The notes under the pieces were generated by a model that made no database searches, was not told where the DNA came from, and was given only the letters and a program-made list of their open reading frames with translations. This document shows, one piece after another, positions 58,499-64,000 of a DNA stretch of 64,000 nucleotides. Position 1 is the first letter of the stretch; every line of letters begins with the position of its first letter. Both the position numbers and the translations under genes were made by a program. Source of the DNA: a virus; the IMG/VR virus record IMGVR_UViG_3300046740_000391, positions 4,640-68,639 of that record; one strand, 5' to 3'.

Positions 58499-59136
58499 AG
58501 CCGGAGTTCCTGTGGGTCCGCACGGCAGATGTCGAGCCCAACAGCTGGAACCCCAACGAGATGGACGACGACCAGTACCAGAAGGCCGTCACCTCCATCA
58601 GGGATTTCGGCTTCGTGGTCCCGATCGTGGTGCGTCCGTATCCGGGGGGTGAGGACAAGTACCAGATCATCGACGGCGAGAACCGCTGGCGAGCGGCTAT
58701 CGACGAAGGCCTGGACGAGGTCCCGGTCAGCCTGACGGCCTTCGACGACTCGGACAGCCAGCAGCTGACGATCATCCTCAACGAGGTCCACGGGCAGCCC
58801 AACCCGCAGAAGCTGGGCATGTTGCTGCGGCAGCTCTCGGCCATCGAGACCAAGGACACCTTGCTTTCGCGGCTTCCATTCTCCCGTGAAGCTCTGGACC
58901 GTTTGACGGGGTTGTCCACCCTGGATCTGGACCAGCTCACGCCGCTCCCCAGGCCGCAGGGTGGTGCGCGCCCTGCGGCCTGGGTTGAGCGAACCTACCG
59001 GATGCCCAAGGAGGCAGCCGAGGTTATTGACGGAGCGCTGGCCGCGTGGCGGGGGGAAGAGGGTGGGGAGACGCCGGACTGGAAGATCCTCGAATACATC
59101 TGTGCCGACTGGCTCGCGTCGAATCGATTGTCCTGA
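58495..59136 (+). CDS. ParB-like nuclease domain protein
   Basis: PN.WNPN.M...SI..FGF..PIVVR...YQIIDGENRWRAA. Confidence 0.88.
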   Translation: MKPEFLWVRTADVEPNSWNPNEMDDDQYQKAVTSIRDFGFVVPIVVRPYPGGEDKYQIIDGENRWRAAIDEGLDEVPVSLTAFDDSDSQQLTIILNEVHGQPNPQKLGMLLRQLSAIETKDTLLSRLPFSREALDRLTGLSTLDLDQLTPLPRPQGGARPAAWVERTYRMPKEAAEVIDGALAAWRGEEGGETPDWKILEYICADWLASNRLS

Positions 59137-59205
59137 GTGTGATCAGCCGGTGACGGTCGATCCCAAGAAGAAAGCCATCTGCCCCCACTGCGGAGCACGC
59201 CTGAT

Positions 59206-59748
59206 ATGAGCGCCCGGACCCATGACTACGACACGCTGAAGAAGGAGTTCTTCGCGGACCCGACGCTGTCGATCCGCGAGCTGTGCCGTCGCCATGGCAT
59301 CAAGGGCTACAGCTCGGTCGCGCAGTACGCGCGCGAGAACGGCTGGTACGACGACAAGGAGAAGATCAAGCTCCGCCGCGACGACAAGGTCATCGAGCGG
59401 GTGTCGGAGTCGCTGGCCAACGAGCTGGTGGCCAAGATCGACAAGATCTCCGAGGACTGGCTAACGGTCACCCAGGCAGCGCTCTACAAGTTCGGCGAGC
59501 AGCTGGCCAACCCTGACTTCCGCGTCGGCGTCGACGATCTGGTCAAGCTCATGGACAAGGGTCTGGTGCTGACGGGACAGCCGTCATCGCGCACCGAGGA
59601 GCGTCACCTTGCACTCACTGGAAACATTGACGGACTCCCCCCTGAGTTCATCCGAAGACTGGCTGAAGCAACTCGACCTCGGCTCGCTGAGCGAGCAGGA
59701 GTTGACGGAGTTGCACCGCCTAGCGGTGAAAAGTCTCGCAACAACTGA
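59206..59748 (+). CDS. terS: Terminase small subunit (putative)
   Basis: N-terminal HTH (SIRELCRRHGI...A.ENGW); directly before terL. Confidence 0.7.
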   Translation: MSARTHDYDTLKKEFFADPTLSIRELCRRHGIKGYSSVAQYARENGWYDDKEKIKLRRDDKVIERVSESLANELVAKIDKISEDWLTVTQAALYKFGEQLANPDFRVGVDDLVKLMDKGLVLTGQPSSRTEERHLALTGNIDGLPPEFIRRLAEATRPRLAERAGVDGVAPPSGEKSRNN

Positions 59749-61072
59749 CACCTTCGCGTTCGGCGAGTACGTCTTCAGCTACGAGGCGTACGAGCACCAC
59801 GTCGGCATGGTCGAGGCGATCGACGCTGCCATTGCTGAGCGGGCTCACACCGTCATCCTGGAGCCGCGCGGCGCCGCGAAGACGACCTGGGGCAACACGA
59901 TCTACCTGGCCAAGTACATCGCCGATCACCCGGATGTGCGGATTGGCCTGATCAGCAACACGGCCAAGCAGGCCAACGACTTCTCCCGAGCGATCCGCTG
60001 GACGTTCGAGTCCAACCCGAACTTCCGAGACCTGTACGGCCACCTGGTTTCGACCAGCAAATGGACCGACGTTGAATGGCTGCGAGCTGGCTCGCGCTGG
60101 CATGGCAGCAAGGACGTGACGCTGTACGCCGCGGGTGCGGGTGGCGCGATCATCAGCAAGCGGTTCGACATCATCCTGTGCGACGACATCCTGGATGAGG
60201 AGAACTGCGCCAACATCGAGCAGCGGGAGAAGATCGAGACCTGGTTCTTCAAGACCTTGCTCCCGTGTCTCGTCCCTGACGGAGTGGTCGTACTGCTCGG
60301 AACCCGCTGGGCCGAGGACGATCTGTACGAGCGCCTGACCACAGCGGTGGACGCTGGTGGCAAGGGTTGGCGACTGACGACAACCAAGGCGATCACCGAG
60401 GAACCGGACGGCACGATGGTCAGCTACTGGCCGGAGCACTGGCCGGTGGAGAAGCTGCTGGAGAAGCAGGTTCAGCTGGGCACCGCGCTGTTCAGCTGCG
60501 CCTACCAGAACGACATCAGCGGCCTGATGTCCGGCAACGTCTTCCGGCGGCCGTTCGACTACTTCGACACGCTCGACCCCGAGCAGAGCTACACCATCAG
60601 GATGGGCGTGGACCTGGCGTCCTCGGAGAAGGAGCGGGCGGACTACACCGCTCGTGTCACTACCGCCGAGGACGACAACGGCAACTTCTACGTGCTCTCG
60701 GTGGTACGCGATCGTCGCGAGAGCCACCACGCTGAGTTCGTGTACGACGGTTGGCTCGCCCATCCGGACATGAGCCTGGTGATCTGTGAGAGCCAGCAGT
60801 TCCAGTCGACGCTGATCCAGCAGGTGATGAACGACTACCCGCGGATCCCCATCGAGGGCAAGAAATCCGACACCGATAAGGTGACGCGCGCGCGAGCGGT
60901 GTCGGCGAAGTACGAAGCACACAGGATCAAGCACCACGTCTCGCTCCGGGAGTCGGACTTCGAGCGTGAGCTGTTGAGCTTCCCCAAGGGCCACGACGAC
61001 ATGGTCGATGCCCTGGGGTTCTCGCTGGACCTGGGTGGTGGTGGATTGATCTTCGGATCGGTGAGGAGATAA
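59609..61072 (+). CDS. terL: Terminase large subunit
   Basis: PRGAAKTT Walker A, IILCDD Walker B, GTRW..DD, GVDLA and FPKGHDDMVDA nuclease motifs. Confidence 0.95.
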   Translation: MHSLETLTDSPLSSSEDWLKQLDLGSLSEQELTELHRLAVKSLATTDTFAFGEYVFSYEAYEHHVGMVEAIDAAIAERAHTVILEPRGAAKTTWGNTIYLAKYIADHPDVRIGLISNTAKQANDFSRAIRWTFESNPNFRDLYGHLVSTSKWTDVEWLRAGSRWHGSKDVTLYAAGAGGAIISKRFDIILCDDILDEENCANIEQREKIETWFFKTLLPCLVPDGVVVLLGTRWAEDDLYERLTTAVDAGGKGWRLTTTKAITEEPDGTMVSYWPEHWPVEKLLEKQVQLGTALFSCAYQNDISGLMSGNVFRRPFDYFDTLDPEQSYTIRMGVDLASSEKERADYTARVTTAEDDNGNFYVLSVVRDRRESHHAEFVYDGWLAHPDMSLVICESQQFQSTLIQQVMNDYPRIPIEGKKSDTDKVTRARAVSAKYEAHRIKHHVSLRESDFERELLSFPKGHDDMVDALGFSLDLGGGGLIFGSVRR

Positions 61073-61252
61073 ATGCAGATCCTCTGGGTCAAGATCCAGT
61101 CCTGGCACGCGGTCAAGCTCACCCGTTCCCTTGAGGACCGCACCCTCTGTGGTCGCACCGCCGGTGCTGACGCAGAGACATCGGACCTGTTGCCCGCTGC
61201 CAAGTCGTGCGAGACGTGCTTGCGGATCGTCGCGCGGAGAGCTGATGGCTGA
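61073..61252 (+). CDS. Small zinc-binding protein (59 aa)
   Basis: WH...TLCG...CETC; below the ORF-track cutoff, translated by hand. Confidence 0.6.
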   Translation: MQILWVKIQSWHAVKLTRSLEDRTLCGRTAGADAETSDLLPAAKSCETCLRIVARRADG

Positions 61253-61436
61253 GCTTGATTTTCGCGACGGCAAGAGGGGCGTCCCCGAGCACGTTGAGAA
61301 GCTGCTCACCGGGGTGCCGACCTACAAGATGACCTACGAGGAGGCGCTGGAGTTCGTGAATAAGCGCCTGCAATACGACTACGTGGAGAACATCCACAGC
61401 AAGATCATCGCGAACTCGCTGCGGAATACGCCATGA
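61245..61436 (+). CDS. Small hypothetical protein
   Basis: GGAG RBS; overlaps both neighbours. Confidence 0.55.
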   Translation: MAELDFRDGKRGVPEHVEKLLTGVPTYKMTYEEALEFVNKRLQYDYVENIHSKIIANSLRNTP

Positions 61437-62770
61437 GTCTTATGGACAGCATCGCCACCTGGGCGTCACGGAAGACAGATCCCAAGAACCTCCCCAGCGC
61501 GTCGGTCACCTCGAACGAGCGCGGGCGCGTCTCCAAGTCCAACGTCCAGCTGTTCCGCCACTGGGCTGAGCACTCGGAGTGGATCCGGGCGGCGATCGGT
61601 GTCCGCAAGTCACAGGTCAGTGCGGCTGAGTGGGACATCGTCGCGTTCGATCCCGAGAAGCGGATGAGCGAGCCGCTCAAGGAGCAGGTCAAGGGCCTAT
61701 TCGATCGTCCGAACCCGGCCACCGACAGCTTCCGCAGCTTCGTCGAGCCGGTCATCGAGGACATCCTGGTGCTCGACGCCGGGGTGATTGAGAAGGTCAG
61801 GAACCTGCGCGGTCTACCGGCCGAGCTGTGGCCGGTCGATGGCGGCAAGATCCGAGTCAGCTCCAGCTGGTCAGGGGAGCGTGGGGAGCCGCGCTACTTC
61901 TGGTACCCCGACGGGTTCCTGCGCGCGTCGTTCAGCAACGACGACATGACGTACATCATGGAGAACCCGGCCACCTATCGTCCGACCGGCCTGTCCAAGC
62001 TCGAAACCCTCAAGCTCACGATCGAGTCGGAGCTGGTGGGCCACAGCTACAACCATCGCCAGGTCACCAACGCAGCCCCCGACGGGATGCTTGACCTCGG
62101 TGAGGGTGCTCGTCCCGAGCAGGTCGACTCGTTCAAGACCTACTGGCTGTCCGAGGTGGCAGGCCGGGGCGCGATGGCGTTCATCGGCGGCACCAAGAAC
62201 GCCAAGTTCATCCCGTTCCGGAACAGCAACCGTGACATGCAGTTCCTGGAGTGGCAGATCTATCTGGTCCGCAAGATCAGCGCCGTGTTCGGTCTGTCGC
62301 CGCAGGACCTGGGTCTGACCTTCGATGTGAACCGCTCGTCGAGCGAGGTCCAGCAGGAGAACACGGACGACCGTGGTATCCGCCCGTTGCTGTCGCTCAT
62401 CCAGGACTACTTCACGCGGGAGATCGTGTGGGACCCGGCGTTCGGCGGGCCCGACAACAACCTCGCCTTCCGCTTCACCAAGCTCAACCTCCGAGAGACC
62501 CTCAGTCAGGCCAAGGTCATGGAGATCCAGCTCGCCAAGATGCCATGGCGCGCCGTGAATGAGGTTCGCAAGGAGCAGGGTCTGGAGCCGTGGGGCCCAG
62601 AGTTCGATGAGCCAATGGTGGTGACACCCACCGGGGCGGTTCGCCTCTCCGAGGTGCCCACGGCTCAGGAGGTTTCGGAGAAGAGCAAGCCCGCCGGTCA
62701 GGCAGGGGCGCCGCAAGAGGGTCAAGCGGCCACCCCCGCGCCAGGCAGCAAGGGCAACAAGGAGAACTAA
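61433..62770 (+). CDS. Portal protein (HK97-like)
   Basis: LFDRPN, ELWPVDG, GLS.LE, DMQFLE...I..VFG..P..LG, NEVR...GL.P. Confidence 0.93.
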   Translation: MSLMDSIATWASRKTDPKNLPSASVTSNERGRVSKSNVQLFRHWAEHSEWIRAAIGVRKSQVSAAEWDIVAFDPEKRMSEPLKEQVKGLFDRPNPATDSFRSFVEPVIEDILVLDAGVIEKVRNLRGLPAELWPVDGGKIRVSSSWSGERGEPRYFWYPDGFLRASFSNDDMTYIMENPATYRPTGLSKLETLKLTIESELVGHSYNHRQVTNAAPDGMLDLGEGARPEQVDSFKTYWLSEVAGRGAMAFIGGTKNAKFIPFRNSNRDMQFLEWQIYLVRKISAVFGLSPQDLGLTFDVNRSSSEVQQENTDDRGIRPLLSLIQDYFTREIVWDPAFGGPDNNLAFRFTKLNLRETLSQAKVMEIQLAKMPWRAVNEVRKEQGLEPWGPEFDEPMVVTPTGAVRLSEVPTAQEVSEKSKPAGQAGAPQEGQAATPAPGSKGNKEN

Positions 62771-63255
62771 TGGCAGCCTCACTTTCCTTGCGCGTCTACA
62801 CCTCGACGGGTCCGACGGAGTCGAGTGCCGTGACCGGCATCGACCTGATCAGTGCCGACAACGCGACGAACTCGTTGGCCAATCGCCAGGCCAACCCGAT
62901 CACGGTCGCGACCAACAGCTACGAGAAGTGGATGAAGCTCAAGGTCGACACAGCCCCAGCCAACGCCGTGACCAACTTCAAGGTCTGGGGCGACGGTGCT
63001 GTTCAGACCTCGACCACGTTCAAGTTCACTGGTGCCTACGTGACGTATCAGCAGGGGTCCACGGTGACCTCTACGATCGCGAACACCACGTTCACCAACT
63101 TCACCGCCGGGAACAAGGCGACCTGGGACGCCACGACCTACACCACCACGAACGCGACGACCAAGTTCATCGTGTTCCAGCTGCAGGTAGACGCCACGGC
63201 CCCGGCCGGGAACTGGACCCAGGAGACCATCAGCTACAGCTATGACGAAACGTAA
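62770..63255 (+). CDS. Thr-rich virion protein (head decoration or fibre base, putative)
   Basis: TAATG coupling to portal; all-beta, Thr/Asn-rich; strong codon bias. Confidence 0.55.
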   Translation: MAASLSLRVYTSTGPTESSAVTGIDLISADNATNSLANRQANPITVATNSYEKWMKLKVDTAPANAVTNFKVWGDGAVQTSTTFKFTGAYVTYQQGSTVTSTIANTTFTNFTAGNKATWDATTYTTTNATTKFIVFQLQVDATAPAGNWTQETISYSYDET

Positions 63256-63343
63256 CTGTCGGTGTGCGGCTTGCAGCCACTGCAAGTCGCATCACCAGGA
63301 GAGGTGCAGGGTGAAGGGGTGCGAGTGCCCCTTCTTCTTCTGA
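63242..63343 (+). CDS. Tiny Cys/His-rich peptide (33 aa)
   Basis: MTKRNCRCAACSHCKSHHQERCRVKGCECPFFF fills the gap exactly. Confidence 0.5.
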   Translation: MTKRNCRCAACSHCKSHHQERCRVKGCECPFFF

Positions 63344-63352
63344 GGAGGGATC

Positions 63353-64000
63353 GTGAGCCTCGTTGTCCTGTGCCCGTCGCGGGGTCGCCCGCAACAGGCA
63401 AGGGAGTGTTACCAGGCGTTCCTGGACACTCGCCACCTGACCGACTCGGAGATGCTGTTCGTCATCGATGAGGACGATCCGAGCGTGTATGACGTCCCGG
63501 TGTTTCACGTGAAACGTGGCCGACCCGGGATGACGGACGCGCTCAACGCTGCCACGGCAGAGATGTGGGACCAGTACGAGGTCATGGGCTTCGTGGGTGA
63601 CGACCACAGGTTCAGGACATCCGGTTGGGACAGCCAGTTCACCAGCTTCCTGCGTCAGTCCGGGCCCGGCCTGGCTTACGGCAATGACCTGGTCCGAGAC
63701 GATATCCCGACCCAGATCTTCGGCAGCTCGGCGATCTGGAAGGCCCTGGGCTGGATGGCCAATCCGCTGTGCCGCCACCTGTACCTCGACAACACCTGGC
63801 GTGTGATCGGGGACTCGGTCGAGCGCCTGTTCTACTTCCCAGACGTGATCGTGGAGCACATGCACCCGACCGTCGGCAAAGCCGAATGGGATGAGGGCTA
63901 CCGGGCCGTCAACGCCCCGGAGGTCTACAGCGCAGACGGTCAGGGGTTTGCTGCGTGGCTCGCCAACACGGCAGAAGTCGACGTGGAGCGGGTGCGTGCA
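63353..64000 (+). CDS. Glycosyltransferase, GT-A fold; 3' truncated
   Basis: VLCPSRGRP...FVIDEDD...LN...FVGDDH...GWD...YGND...HLYLD...EHMHP; AGGAGGGATC RBS. Confidence 0.8.
   Translation, partial: MSLVVLCPSRGRPQQARECYQAFLDTRHLTDSEMLFVIDEDDPSVYDVPVFHVKRGRPGMTDALNAATAEMWDQYEVMGFVGDDHRFRTSGWDSQFTSFLRQSGPGLAYGNDLVRDDIPTQIFGSSAIWKALGWMANPLCRHLYLDNTWRVIGDSVERLFYFPDVIVEHMHPTVGKAEWDEGYRAVNAPEVYSADGQGFAAWLANTAEVDVERVRA

Noticed and set aside
59720-61309. Long antisense ORFs (also 8168-9643, 24257-25819, 36264-37781, 47726-49303)
   Set aside because: These are shadow frames of real high-GC genes, with no RBS or recognisable motifs.
1-64000. Integrase, att site, tRNA genes, DNA polymerase, helicase
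   Set aside because: None recognised by eye. Lifestyle cannot be called because part of the genome is outside the window.

Overview
High-GC tailed-phage (siphovirus-like) DNA, probably most of one circularly permuted genome. The window opens inside a head-region fibre gene and closes in a glycosyltransferase just downstream of the portal. Plus strand 1-30181 holds accessory fibre, beta-helix and glycosyltransferase genes, HK97-type protease, capsid, head-tail genes, tail tube, a tail chaperone with a -1 frameshift, tape measure, two paralogous tail-hub proteins and lysis genes. Minus strand 30182-52532 is an early arm (RlpA-like, SLOG, RusA, two HNH, ERF, PD-(D/E)xK exonuclease, RadC-like JAB, SSB, a second JAB protein, Cys-rich proteins, AAA ATPase). 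Plus strand 52861-64000 holds RHH, ParB-like, a GG-ending small protein and its partner, QueD, ParB, terminase and portal. I see no integrase, polymerase, helicase, primase, tRNA or CRISPR array. Most striking: (1) a possibly ubiquitin-like, GG-ending protein coupled to a Cys-x-His-Pro protein whose N-terminus copies a 30-aa segment of the phage's own tail tube; (2) a ~290-nt GNRA-rich structured RNA next to three phased DnaA-like boxes; (3) a bipartite 22-bp motif repeated in the early arm, usually right after a hairpin; (4) a short FTADA strand motif shared by four virion proteins. All family calls are by eye, without database searches.
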